A stretch of DNA of 64,000 bases. Source: Octopus vulgaris (Eukaryota). Position numbers and translations under genes: made by a program. Below the pieces are notes generated by a model. It saw nothing but the letters and a program-made list of their open reading frames with translations, had not been told where the DNA came from and did no database searches. Each line of letters opens with the position of its first letter. The first letter of the stretch is position 1. Below, in pieces: positions 27,924-42,136 of this stretch. The DNA lies in NCBI GenBank assembly GCA_951406725.2, contig OX597839.1, forward strand, positions 19,096,001 through 19,160,000, read 5' to 3'.

Positions 27924-28157
27924 GGCGGCGAGCTGGCAGAAACGTTAGCACGCCGGGAGAAATGCGTAGCCGTATTTCGTCTCCCGTTACGTTCTGAGTT
28001 CAAATTCCGCCGAGGTCGACTTTGCCTATCATCCTTTCGGGTCGATAAATTAAGTACCAGTTACGCACTGGGGTCGATCTAATCGACTTAATCCCTTTGT
28101 CTGTCCTTGTTTGTCCCCTCTGTGTTTAGTCCCTTGTGGGAAATAAGAAATAAGAAT
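27924..28157 (+). mobile_element. SINE family A, full-length monomer
   Basis: Complete head, core and tail type 1. Confidence 0.88.
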
Positions 28158-28164
28158 ATGTATG

Positions 28165-28211
<47 letters not shown>

Positions 28212-28700
28212 TTATATATATGTATATACACACACACACATGTATGTACGTATGTATGTATATATGTATGCTCATGTGTTTAAATATCCAGTATGTGTGT
28301 GATTATTTGTGCATGAACAGCTATAATCATCTCTCGTAGTGGTGAAAGGCGAAACGAAGGGCCGATTACTCGGCTCACGTGTCGAAGCTAATCTCCGATT
28401 TAACGGAAGTATATTATCGCACCAAACAGCAGATCATGTTTGTCTACATGTCATAAGAATTACTTAAGTAACGCATTATTGGCATAGCACACAAGAAATG
28501 GATCCGCAACGGAGCTGCTTCTCTTTTAACGCACTTTTATAGTTCACCACACGTTTAAAGGTATAGAGAATCTTAGGCTGTGTGATAGGGATTTGCACAC
28601 TTATGCATGTAAACACACACGCACATATATATACATATATTTGCCTGCTGAAAATCCGATTACCGTATTAGATTTTGCATAATATATTATTTGAAAAAGA

Positions 28701-28729
<29 letters not shown>

Positions 28730-28731
<2 letters not shown>

Positions 28732-28842
28732 TTCTGTGATACACGATCCCTTTTGATCGAAAACCAACCTCCCTTTTTTCTCCCCCAAAATAAAAGCTCT
28801 ACCTTGTAATTTGTTCAGTCCTGTGTGGCTAATAAAGAAACA
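28730..28842 (+). mobile_element. Short 3'-end copy of the Tx1-like LINE within (TATC)n
   Basis: Matches 30608-30807 with internal deletions; ends GGCTAATAAAGAAACA|TATC; (TATC)n on both sides. Confidence 0.85.
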
Positions 28843-28894
<52 letters not shown>

Positions 28895-30443
28895 AATGGA
28901 CATCTATCGAGACCTTTCGACATTGCACGTTCGGTCCGTCAGGGATGCCCCCTCTCGGCGCTTCTATACGTATTGACTCTTGAGCCACTACTGCGGAAGC
29001 TGGCGACTCTGAGGGGCATCCCGCGAGAATTGGGATGTGGGACGAGCGTGTCTGCATACGCGGACGACGTCACCGTCATAGTGTCAAGCCACGAGCACAT
29101 CGAGCGGGTCGGCGAGACACTGAAAGACTACGAAGCGGTGACAGGAGCAAAAATCAACCGGGAAAAGTTAGTGGGCTTGCGGCTCGGCACCTGGAGAAGC
29201 AAGCCCATGCCGTCCACCAGTACCTCCGTCGTAGGACGCTGGACAGACGGCCCGATTGAGTTGCTCGGGGTCTGGTTCGGTCCGGACCTCCAAATGGAGA
29301 AGAACTGGAACGAGATAACGAGTAGGGTGGTCACTCTCGCCCAGCAATGGGCCGAGAGGAAACTGTCCCTAAAAGGTCGGACGGAGGTGGCGAACGCGTA
29401 CATCGCGTCCATCATCTACTACCGCCTGACCGTCGTACCTTGTCCCGACCCTACCATCACCAAACTACAACGCATCTTCTTCCGCTTCTTGTGGAAAGGA
29501 TGCGTCCCGATGGTCAGGCGATCCATTTGCTGTCAACACCCGTTAAAAGGAGGGCTGGGCATGCCGTGGTTGATGATGCGCAGACACGCGCTGAGACTGC
29601 GACATCTCCGGCTCTATGTAGACGACGGTGAACAGGTGTGGTCGCCGTTTGTGAGGCACGCATTCCCGCAACTTGTCTCCATGACCGAACTGCAGTCGTG
29701 GATCAAAAAGAGGCCGAGGAAGGGCGAATGGCACCGCGAGTGTCGCGTTGCTCTCAAGCAACTCTGCCGTCCCGGGTCGACCTTGAGTGACTTCAACACA
29801 ACCAAAGCATTCTATAGGGGATTAGTGGAGGGGAGGTACGACGACGATCTCGGGGCAAACCTGGGCGTCGACGAGGAATACCTGACCCGCCTGTTTCAAA
29901 CGACTTTCGGGCCCGGGACCTATGGACAACTTCCAGAGATCCCTGGCCTGGCGGTGCTACCGAGAAGCGCTACCCGTTCGGGATAAGCTCTATAGGCATG
30001 GCTCGAGAAACACGGGGCCGACCTGCCCGAGATGCGGGCAGAGCGACGAAACCGCTCTGCACGCAATCGTGCAGTGTCCAGCAATTTCCCACCTGTGGGC
30101 TTATGTCGAACGACTGCTGTCACGTGTGGGACGTGTCGGTTTATCAGCCGAGTCTATCGTTAATATCGTCACGCCTCCTTCCTTCAAACGGGAAGGAAGA
30201 GCTATTTTTATCATACTTGTGGCTATGGCGAAAGAATGTATCTGGTGGACACGCCTGAAAGGATTAGAGACAAGCACTTTCCTCTCTGGTCAATCTCTCA
30301 TCAACTTCTTCAAGTATCACTTGAGGAGGAAAGTGAGAGTAGAGAGGCAAGTTTTGTCTAGTGAATGTTTTAAAAAAATGATGGGTGAATGTAGCAAGGA
30401 TGGCACGTATGAATGACGAAGCCACCTTGACTATGATTCTATG
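28895..30443 (+). pseudogene. ORF2 (RT plus zinc knuckle) of Tx1-like element, truncated and frameshifted
   Basis: ORFs 28811-29986 and 29922-30416 join via a frameshift near 29920; a probable second frameshift near 30378 restores WVNVARMARMNDEATLTMIL*. The listed ORF N-terminus is microsatellite. Confidence 0.85.
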
Positions 30444-30807
30444 AACCATAAAAATTAATACAGAGAGTTGCTTATTTGCAAAAAAAAAAATAAAAGAAAG
30501 AAATATAACATGTGACTTCATTGACCGAGGTTACCGTGGTCTTTTCCGTAGGCTTTTCTTTCCACGGGTAAACCTCACCTGTCCTCCCCTTTACACTTCA
30601 TATTGACATTTCTGTGATAACGATCCCTATTGATCAATTTTTTCCTCTCCCCCTTTTCTTTTAACCCCCCCTTTTGTTGTCCTCTTTCTCTCCTTTTACG
30701 ATCCCTTTTGATCGAACACCCCCCCCCTTTTTTTACCTTCAAAAGAAAAGCTCTACCTTGTAATTTGTTCTATCTGTGTGCAGCCCTGTGTGGCTAATAA
30801 AGAAACA
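28895..30807 (+). mobile_element. 5'-truncated Tx1/L1-clade non-LTR retrotransposon
   Basis: RT motifs VRQGCPLS and YADD, LSLKGR and GGLG motifs, C-terminal CPRC-x8-H-x4-C knuckle; pyrimidine-rich 3' UTR with AATAAA; flanked by (TATC)n. Confidence 0.92.
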
Positions 30808-30842
<35 letters not shown>

Positions 30843-31230
30843 ATATATATATATATATATAATTAATAATTTTACCAAGTAGTTCGGTATGTTAAAAGAA
30901 CCATTATTGGTAAACTTAAACAGAGATTTTTATAATTATGAGTATAATTATAATTAGGGTTCAGCAAAAGACATATTTCTAATGGTAGAGAAATAGTTAG
31001 TTTTGACTGCTATTTCTAAATTTCGGTACGTGGTGAAGCAAATTTTTGCTGAACCCTTATAATAATTATACTCTTAATTATAAAATTTATATATATATAT
31101 TGTTCAGCAAAAATTTAGATTGAGATGAATATGGTACTTAAGCTGAGGCACCAAAATTTAGTACGGTATTATCCATACAATTTCAAACGTGATTACAATC
31201 AAAATAAGCAACAAGGATATCCAGAGGTAA

Positions 31231-31317
31231 TGCAGTACGATCGTTTCATGAAACTCCATTTAATTGAACAATGCAATCATTACATCAATTTAAAATGCAG
31301 AGCAATCCTCAGCTGCA
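31231..31317 (-). ncRNA. Type I hammerhead ribozyme-like motif with extended stem II
   Basis: Minus strand UGCAG-CUGAGGA-[~58-nt hairpin]-GAAA-CGAUCG-UA-CUGCA: perfect 5-bp stem I, palindromic stem III. Confidence 0.65.
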
Positions 31318-31404
31318 CAAAGACATAGAATAAAAGATATAGAGAAGCGTTAGGAATATAATTTTAGCAGAGGGATGATGTTCTGATAGTGATATTAAAG
31401 AAAA

Positions 31405-31494
<90 letters not shown>

Positions 31495-31941
31495 GAGAGA
31501 GATGATGATGATGAGGTGGTGGTGGTGGTGGTGGTGGTGGTAGGGGAGATGGTGATGGTGTGTGCTTAGTGAAGATTTTTATTCCACCTATCACTTAACG
31601 TATGCACATTCCAAACTTGCCATTCACTTCAGAAAGAAAACAGTTTCCGTTCGTCTGTCATATACAATGAATCATCACAAAGGCAGACATTTGATAAAGC
31701 GGAGATGATTTTTGCCTGAACCTGTATTTAGCCATGGTTAGCTTTATGTTGCAGTCTCAAGGGCTCGCGAATTATCTGATGCGAGAGTTAAAGTTATCAA
31801 TGCTGATAAACCCGGGAAAGGAAGAGGGAGAACTCACACGAAGAACATAGTCTGCAAAAAAGTATTGGATTGAAAGGTGTACGCAAATTGAAATGTATAT
31901 TGGTTCTAATCCATCGCTTTGGCTGGTTTATTAGTTTACTA

Positions 31942-32130
31942 GGCGTAGGAGCGGCTGTGTGGTAAGTAGCTTGCTTACCAACCACATGATTCCAGGTTCA
32001 GTCCCACTGCGTGGCACCTTGGGCAAGTATCTTCTACTATAGCCTCGGGCTGACCAAACCCTTGTGAGGGGATTTGGTAGACGGAAACTGAAAGAAGCCC
32101 GTCGTATGTATGTGTGTGTGTGTGTGTATG

Positions 32131-32164
<34 letters not shown>

Positions 32165-32421
32165 TGTATGTATGTATGTATGTATGTATGTATGTATGTA
32201 TGTATGTATGTATGTATGTATGTATGTGTGTGTGTGTGTGTGTATATGTTTGTGTGTCTGTGTTTTTCGCCCAACATCGCTTGACAACCGATGCTGGTGT
32301 GTTTACGTCCCTGCGGTTTGGCAAAAGAGACCGATAGAATAAGTACTAGGCTTACAAAGATTTGCTCGAATAAAGGCGGTGCTCCGGCATGGCTAGAGTC
32401 AAATGACTGAAACAAGTAAAA
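31942..32421 (+). mobile_element. SINE family B, full length, internal (TATG)n expansion
   Basis: Head from GGCGTAGGAGCGGCTGTGTGG to tail GACTGAAACAAGTAAAA. Confidence 0.88.
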
Positions 32422-32658
32422 GAGAGAGAGAGAGAGAGTGAGAGTAAAGGGTCTTGGGATATTTTGCTACACATATATATATATGTATGTATATATGGGT
32501 GTGTGTGTGTGTGTGTGTGTTAATGTACGAGTCTGTGTGTCTTCCTTAATTCTTCACATTTTAATTTTATCCAAACGTTTCTTTCGTTTTATAACGAACA
32601 TTTTAAACGAGCATTGCATAATCATAACATTATTAGAAAAGCTATATATATATATGAA

Positions 32659-32689
<31 letters not shown>

Positions 32690-33289
32690 GCATACATCTT
32701 TGCGCATGTGTACATCCATGTATATATATATATATATATACGAGTGTGCGTGTGTTTTTTTTTTTTTTGTATTGAAATTTAATTATAACTGAAATTAATA
32801 GCTTCCTTCGTTTCGTAGCGTTTTCCACGTATTTTTTTTTCCAGCAATTTTTTCCCCTTCTTTTCGTTGCTCGCTCTTGGTTTATTTTTTCTTGTGCTTT
32901 CTTCGTTGTCATTATTTGGAATAATTTTAATTTTCATTGTTGGATATTGTATTTTAATCTTGCATAAAATTTGCTCTAAACCCAAATATCTTACATTGTG
33001 ATGTGTATTAACTCCATATACACTCACGTATCTATAATATGCGTTAGACCTAATATATACATATATATATATATATATATATTTATGTATGCATGTATAT
33101 ATAATATTTAGACCTATATACATCCATATAGAGACATATATATATATATACACATGAATATACACACACACAGATATATATATTTATGTATATATATATA
33201 TAAATATATCTATACATATACAAACATGTATGCGTCCATGCGCACACATGGATACAACCATATATTAATTCATATACGCATATTTTTCC

Positions 33290-33341
<52 letters not shown>

Positions 33342-33536
33342 GGTATGTATACATACATATAATGGATATATATATATATATATACATATATATGTGTGTG
33401 TGTTACATAGTTGTATGTTTGTATATATAAATATAAGGATGTATATAGGTGTAAATAATTAAGCATGTATACATAGGCATATATATATATATATTCATAC
33501 ATATATATATATGTTCATATATATATATATATAATG

Positions 33537-33602
<66 letters not shown>

Positions 33603-33872
33603 ATACGTACGTATGTATGTATGTAATGTATGTATGTTTATCCCTATATCTTCATAACATATATAGAGACGTTTATACACATAGTGATAGGCGTATATGC
33701 AGGTATATATATAGGGGGTGGGGTTATGCATGTGCTATAGCATATGTTTATTACAATGTGCCTGTGTGTTTCAATGCGGTTTAGATTGTTATACGCAAAC
33801 ATATACAAAATCTCAACCGTATATACGCATGCGCATATATATATATACATACATACGTTCGTACGTACATAC

Positions 33873-34168
33873 ACACATACTTGTTTACAAACAAATATGC
33901 ATACTTATATTCGCGTATATATATATTTATATATGCTTGTGTTTTTGTGTGCGCGCGTATAAATATATACATACATATATATATATATGAAATGAATATT
34001 ATATATATATAAACACACATATACACATACTTGTTTACAAACAAATATGCATACATTTGCGTATATATATATTTATATATACTTGTGTTTTTGTGTGTGT
34101 GCGTATAAATATATACATACATACACACATATATATATATATATATATATATGAAATGAATATTATAT

Positions 34169-34185
<17 letters not shown>
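33873..34185. repeat. Local tandem duplication of ~150 bp
   Basis: ACACATACTTGTTTACAAACAAATATGCATAC...GAAATGAATATTATAT occurs at ~33873 and ~34023. Confidence 0.8.
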
Positions 34186-34199
<14 letters not shown>

Positions 34200-34355
34200 A
34201 ACAGACATATATACGTATATATATGCTTATACGTAAAAATACATGTACACATAACTAAAAATATGACAGTATATATATATATATATATATATACACGCAC
34301 ACACAAGCATATAACCATATGTGTGTGTGTGTAAGCATAGTCTTGCCTGTATGCT

Positions 34356-34407
<52 letters not shown>

Positions 34408-35127
34408 GTGTGTGTGTGTTTTAACCATATCTGCGTGCTTCCCTGTTCGTCTCATTGTAATTTCGTCGACGCCTCCTTACATGTACACACACACAAAAAA
34501 AATCTAGTAGATTAAATCTTGTTTAATCAAATTTAATTTAGTACTCCATATGTTGCTAAACATTGCCTAGAGTATGTGGGAATAAGATAAACAAAATGGT
34601 TATTTGTTTTCCTTCCTCTATATGATGAGTAAACTTTACTTAAACAGAAAAGCAACAAAAACGAAAAATACCCCAGAAAATAACAACAAAACACGATGAA
34701 TATAACAATTTTTGAAACAAGCAGAAGACCTTCAACTTTTAAGAGAGAGCGCCGTTGATTAAATTGTTTGAGCAATATCTCTCTGGTCTTGAAATTTCAT
34801 GGCGTACTGGAGGTTTAATAAATCTATTACAGACGATCTTTGTATTTTTATCTTTTATGCTTATGTTCTGCTATTCTTATACATGTTTCAGTTATCTGAT
34901 TGCGGCCATGCTGGGGCACCACCTCAAAGGGTTTTTAGTCGAAAAAATAGACCACCAGCTCTTATTCTTTTGTTAGCCGAGTATTTATTCTGTTGGGCTG
35001 AATATACCGAACCGCTAAGTCACGGAGACGTGAACACACCAACCTCGGTTGTTAAGTGATGGTAGTGGTGGTGGTGGGGGTGGGAGGAGGCAAACACAAA
35101 CACTCATAAATATGTACATTATATATA

Positions 35128-35159
<32 letters not shown>

Positions 35160-35381
35160 CGCTTTACGCTTTTACTTGTTTCAGTCATTTGATTGCGGCC
35201 ATGTTTTTTACAAATATATATATATATATATTTATATATATATTGGCCTGCTCGCTTAGCCAGCGGGGTGGCATCATTTGAAGGCTAAAAGAATGCCGAA
35301 GCGCATTGTGACCAGCGATGTGTAGCAACATCTGAAAGCCTGATCGGTCACGGTGATCACGATGATATTACATACATACAT

Positions 35382-35418
<37 letters not shown>

Positions 35419-36143
35419 ACAGGCTTCTTCCAGTTTCCGTCTATCAAATCTGCTTGCAAGGCTTTGTTCGGCCCTAGGCTATAGAAGAAGACACTTGTCC
35501 AAGGTACCACGCAGTGTGACTGAACCTGGATCCATGTGGTTTGGAAATAAGTTTCTTAGTACACAGCCACGCCTGCGCCTATTTGTTTATCTTTATTCTT
35601 TACTTGTTTTTGTCACTGGACTGCGGTCATGCTGGAGCACCGCCTGAAGAAATCGATCTCGGCCCGTTTCTTTCCAAGTGTGGCGCTTACTCTTAAGTCT
35701 TCGATGGTTTTGTCAAGGCAGCGTGGCCTTTACTCTACAGTTCACCTTGCCGAATCAATTTCTTGTTATCGGGGATGTAAACAAACCTGCACCGATTGTT
35801 AAAAACAAACACGTATGTGTGTAAAATCGTGTGGCCCAATGGTTAGTGTATAAGTCTCTTGTTCACAAGATTGGTGTTTCAAATCGTAGATCGGCCGTGT
35901 GTGTGCTCTAGAGCAAAACAGTTCAATTCAGGTGGCTTGTTATCGGGGATGTAAACAAACCAGTACCGATTGTCAAGCGGTGATGGTGTTTTAGAGGTAC
36001 AAATACAAAGAAACACACACACATACACACGTACATATACACACACAAACAAAAACACACACACGTATATGTGTGTGAAATCGTGTGGCACAATGGTTAG
36101 GAGAGAAAAAATGTCTGTAGTGGCTAACGATCTATAATGGCGT

Positions 36144-36216
<73 letters not shown>

Positions 36217-36434
36217 GTGCGTATAAATTAAAGAAGAACCACCTTTTATCAATTCAACAATGAAATAACAATGATTGTCGAATTGATAATAGGTAGTTCT
36301 TCTCTAATTTATATACATATATTATATATTGTGAAATTTGATTTAGTATTACTAAACTGAATTTTTCCCTGTAAGTTTGGAATAATATTCCCTAATATCA
36401 TTATCATTATATATATATATATATATATATATAC

Positions 36435-36844
36435 CCAGGCATATTCCCCAATGTTTTAGGAGAGGGTAGCTACAACAAGACACTCCAGTCATTTCCCAGC
36501 TCAAAGCGGTGAGCCCCGTCCTATGCTCGGATCAAGGCATAGAACACAACCCCGGGTATCAGTAGCGGGGTCCGTCAATATATACTGGTTTATCCCCGCC
36601 GCATCATACTGGTTCTGTACCCCTTTCAGCAACATCAAATTCACTCATCTGTCCACAAACACTCTCCAAGCTTTCCTATCATTTATAAACTCTCTTGCCT
36701 CTCTCACTCCAACACCTCTAACCACCAAAGCTTTCCTACTCCATCCATCCACACAAACCCTGGTCTGTCTCTGGTTCTGCTGCCTACCACTTCAGCCTTC
36801 ATCACTCCTCCTTACCATCCTATCCTCTCCATGTGGCCAAACCA
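36435..36844 (-). pseudogene. RTE-clade LINE 3' fragment
   Basis: Minus strand WFGHMER...GSRTRDRPGFVWMDGV...EAREFINDRKAWRVFV, matching the RTE C-terminus; frameshifted. Confidence 0.7.
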
Positions 36845-36889
36845 CCTTAGTATTATTATATATACATACATACATATACATACATATAG

Positions 36890-37018
36890 CAACCGGCAAC
36901 TTTCTGTCAGCAATCCACCGAGGATGGTTTAAAAACAGTTGTCATCCTCCGCAGGGTTTGAACTCAAAACCCTAGGCAACCTAGCAGGGTCTCTACCGAT
37001 CCTACCAATCCACCCCCA
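36890..37018 (-). mobile_element. Probable tRNA-derived SINE head
   Basis: Minus strand TGGTAGGATCGG (A-box-like) and GAGTTCAAACC (B-box-like). Confidence 0.4.
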
Positions 37019-37458
37019 TTAAAAGAGATTAATGATGTTGCCACATGCGTGTCATCTATGTTAATCTATAATCTATCTGATAAGATAGAACAATCAAAAG
37101 ATATCAGTAAGACATGGTGCCCCAAACTCTCTGAGGAATATCCATTAGAGAAATTTGTAGATATCCAGATGTTATGTAACAGACCAACCTTCAAATTCTT
37201 CCTAACTGCCAAACTCTTGAAAGAACATTTGCTTTGCTATTTAGTCATCGTATCTAATCATCTTGTTATTCTTGTTTTCGTGGCGATAGTGTCATATGAT
37301 AATGTTCGTTTGTTTATTCTTATATTTTCATAGATACTTATTCTTCAAGTTTTCGTTTTTGTTCTTCTTGTTACTGTTCTTCCTTATGGCATTAGATGAT
37401 GGTGTAAATATTTAATAATTACATCGTTGTTTAAATAGTTTGTTTTGCTTTCTGTTAA

Positions 37459-37530
<72 letters not shown>

Positions 37531-37545
37531 ATGTATATATATATA

Positions 37546-38290
37546 CAGGGGGTGGACAAAATAATGGAAACACCTAGCATCATAGTATCATAATTTTGAA
37601 ATATCTATAAATCCATCAAAAGCTTGTTTGTTTTTAATTTTTTATTTATTTATTATTAGTGTTATTTAATATGTTTTGCTAAAATTGCTGTTTCTTTTCA
37701 GATATCATCAGAAAAAGGTAATTAAAATTCATTAAAATGACAGATCTATCGAACTTCCAAAGAGGTCAAATTGTTGGTGTTCATATGGCAGGTGGTAGCG
37801 TAACGAAAACAGCCGAAGTGTTTGGTGGATCAAGAAGTACTGCCTCGAAAGTAATGACAGCCTTTGAGAAAGAGGGAAAAACGTCCTCGTAGAAACAAAA
37901 CTGCGGAAGAAACCTAAAACTTTCAGATAGGGACCTTCGGACTCTTACGCGAATTGTTATAAGGGATCACAAAAGTACAGCACCCAAAATTACTGCAGAG
38001 CTTAATAACCACACCAAGAACATAGTTTCCACAAAAACTGTTTGCCGAGAGTTGCACAAAGCCGGATTTCACGAGAGGGCTGCAATTAGAAAACCACTAC
38101 TTTCAAAAATAAACGTTGCAAAGCGTTTAGAATTGGTCCCTAGAGCAGTGGAAAAATGTTATTTTCTCGGACGACTCATCCTTTACTTTATTTCCGACCA
38201 CTGGCCGAGTATACGTGCGGAGACAGCCAAAGGAAGCATTTGACCCAGACTGCCTTCTTCCAACTGTTAAACATGGAGGAGGATCTGTAT
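37546..38290 (+). mobile_element. Tc1-family DNA transposon, left TIR plus truncated transposase pseudogene (ATG 37737)
   Basis: TA|CAGGGGGTGGACAAAATAATGGAAACAC; translation MTDLSNFQRGQIVG...RKPLLS...WKNVIFSDDS...PTVKHGGGSV with a stop and a frameshift. Confidence 0.88.
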
Positions 38291-38966
38291 TTTATTCCAA
38301 ATATTCCCATCCCAGATTCACATGCTTATTGTAGCGGCCCTTCAGTTTTTTCAGGCCCTGTAAAAGAACTCGGAAGGTTGGGTCTCCAACCAGGATTTTC
38401 GCGATCCCCTTAAAGCGAGGAACTTTACAGCCCCCACCTCGTATACATAAACATACACAACACACACACACACACATATATATATACACATATATGTGTG
38501 TGCTTATATGGGTAGAGGACGTCACCAACGGTGCAAACGATAAAACACGTAAAGAAACGAGGAGTAAAACGAGTGAAATACGTAAACAAGAAAAACATTT
38601 AAAACAGGACAAGTGAACACAGAGAAAGGACCCTCCATCAGTCGTCAACTATATATCTATTCCTCATTTCGAGCATTCAACGACAGTTGCTCCTATACAT
38701 TCTAAAATAAAATTTAGCATTTATGGAGAGTCACAATTGGGAACAAAAAAAAATACAAGGAAAACGAACGAAAAAAAACATGGTAGGTCGTTAGACCAGA
38801 ACGAAAGGAAAATAGTGATTGATATAAACAGCAATGCTCCACCCAAAGGGCACTTATATTTGTCGCGAAATGTGACCAGGGTGTTAAAAACCAACTCCAT
38901 TGCTATTATTTCTAGCAACGTAGGTGATTTTTAACACCCTGGTCACATTAAGCAACAACTATATCA

Positions 38967-39256
<290 letters not shown>

Positions 39257-39262
39257 TGCACT

Positions 39263-39633
39263 GTAGCTTGCTTACCAACCACATGGTTCTGAGTTCAGTC
39301 CCAATGTATGGCACCTTAGGCAAGTGTCTTCTACTATAGCCTCGGGCCGACCAAAGCCTTGTGAGTGGATTTGGTAGACGGAAACTGAAAGAAGCCCGTC
39401 GTATATATTTATATATATATGTGTGTGTCTGTGTTTATGTGTTTGTGTTTGTCCCCCCAACATCGCTTGACAACCGATGCTGGTGTGATTACGTCCCCGT
39501 AACTTAGCGGTTCGGCAAAAGAGAGCGATAGAATAAGTACTAGGCTTACAAAGAATAAGTCCTGGGGTGGATGTGCTCGACTAAAGGCGGTGCTCCAGCA
39601 TGGCCGCAGTCAAATGACTGAAACAAGTAAAAA
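39263..39633 (+). mobile_element. SINE family B, near full length
   Basis: Close match to the other family B copies. Confidence 0.88.
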
Positions 39634-39649
39634 AGCATATATATACACA

Positions 39650-39728
<79 letters not shown>

Positions 39729-39909
39729 ATTTAGGGTAAAAATTGATATTTATCAATTAATTTGTTTATTGTTTTTTGTTTATTGTTTTGGTTTTGTGTT
39801 TGAGTTTGATCTGAGAACATAGACTTTTTTGTGGAGAATGGCGATTTGACGTCTATATCTAGCATGTTGACCGTCCACTTTTCGTGTTCAGTCCTTAATT
39901 GGTATATAT

Positions 39910-40079
<170 letters not shown>

Positions 40080-40097
40080 AAAATAGATAGATAGATA

Positions 40098-40135
<38 letters not shown>

Positions 40136-40997
40136 TTGTCTTATAATTGTTTCAGTGTCATTAGACAGAGGCCATGCAGGGGCATACATATCCATATATG
40201 TGTGTATGTATATATCTGTCTGTCTGTCTCTTTCTCTCTCGTTCACTCTGTCTCTATCTTTCTATCTACCAATGTATCTATCTATGTGCCTAGTAGAAAC
40301 GTATCGCTTCGGATATTATGCCTTCCGTAGCAAGCTTAACAGAAATTAAGAACAATCACCCTGAGAAACAAGGGAGAGGGAGGGAGAGAGAGAAAGAGAG
40401 AGATAAAGCAATGTCTTACACCAGACCAACATGGTTTCTCGTTATTATTATGGAAATGCCAGGATCTGTTTGTCTCATTTATTACACATATTGATCTCTG
40501 TGTCCTGCACTGATTGATTATGACTGGTGTTCTAATTATTCCCAGATATGAATGTCCTGCTTACAATATGTTATGCGACTGATAATGTAAATCTTGAAAC
40601 GTTTCCAATATGAATTGCATTTCGTCAGTTCACTTACATATATCACAGTTTTTACGCTAAGACATTTCTGGATATTTCTGATTTTATCTGGATACTATAT
40701 TTTCAATTATAATTTCGTATCGTAGCTGGTGAGAGTGACTGTTCATAGGTCTGCAGACATGACAGAGAAAGGCACTACAAATAAAACACACACACACGGT
40801 TCTTTCTATAGAGTTATATTTTAAATGATGTAATGTTAAACTGAAGGATTACTCAATACTTTTTGTAGAGGACATATTTATTATCCTTATTATTCTTTAA
40901 CAAGAAGAGAGGTGACTGTGACTTCGAAGTTTCCCCGTTGTAGAAACAGGATTATATCACATTCTTTCAAAGTTTCCAAATTTTCTGACGTCAATCA

Positions 40998-41114
<117 letters not shown>

Positions 41115-41180
41115 GTCTGTCTGTCTGTCTATCTATCACGGTCTATCTATATCTCACTCTATCTATTTGTCTGTCTATCT

Positions 41181-41222
<42 letters not shown>

Positions 41223-41263
41223 ACGTAAATACATATATCTAGATATCTATACATATATATGCA

Positions 41264-41301
<38 letters not shown>

Positions 41302-41362
41302 CACACACACAGACATACATCTACATATATATATAAACATGTAAATACATATATAGATATCT

Positions 41363-41409
<47 letters not shown>

Positions 41410-42105
41410 CGTGTGTGTGTGCTTATATATGCATATGTACATATACATACACACATATATATATAAATATATATACACACAGACTTACATACATACATAC
41501 ATATATATATAAAATACGTACACATGTGTCATCGGGTGTGTGCGTTGCTAAGTGCATGTATGAATGGACGTTTCATGGCCGCCCGCGCGCTAGTGTGTGT
41601 GGCGTTTTTCACATAACGTTTCAAGGAAGCGAGTGCCAAATTGCGGTTTTCATGCATCTATACACAGATACGAGCATATCATGCTCTTTGAAATATGCAT
41701 TAATTTATCTGATACATATGCGCAACAATTTCACACTCTTACAGGCGCTCTATCTCCCACACACGGAGATGGAATCGTGTGGATAACATACATAAACACA
41801 TACACCCGTATACATACTCACACATACATTTTACATTCGTGTACAGCTATATGTTTTTCGTCTACCAATACAAATATTTTCATAGATATAATACATTACG
41901 TAATATGTGCGTATCCTCGTGTGTGAGTATATATATATATATACATAAGTATATATGCACATATATAGTTACATATATGTATACACAAACATATACATGC
42001 ACACACACACACACACATATGTATGTGTATACATCGATTTATATATATGTTTTTTAATGTATTTCGGTACAGTTTTTGATACGTATCATTATTTTTATAT
42101 TTATG

Positions 42106-42136
<31 letters not shown>

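Noticed and set aside
27924-28010. tRNA gene (A/B boxes)
   Set aside because: No full cloverleaf; continues into SINE body. Same for other SINE heads.
31755-31872. Possible terminal exon (acceptor TTTATGTTGCAG, SRARELSDARVKV...)
   Set aside because: No recognisable homology and phase incompatible with the 14026-14179 candidate.
40575-40632. Hammerhead-like strings on both strands around GAAACGTTTC
   Set aside because: Stems I and II do not close convincingly.
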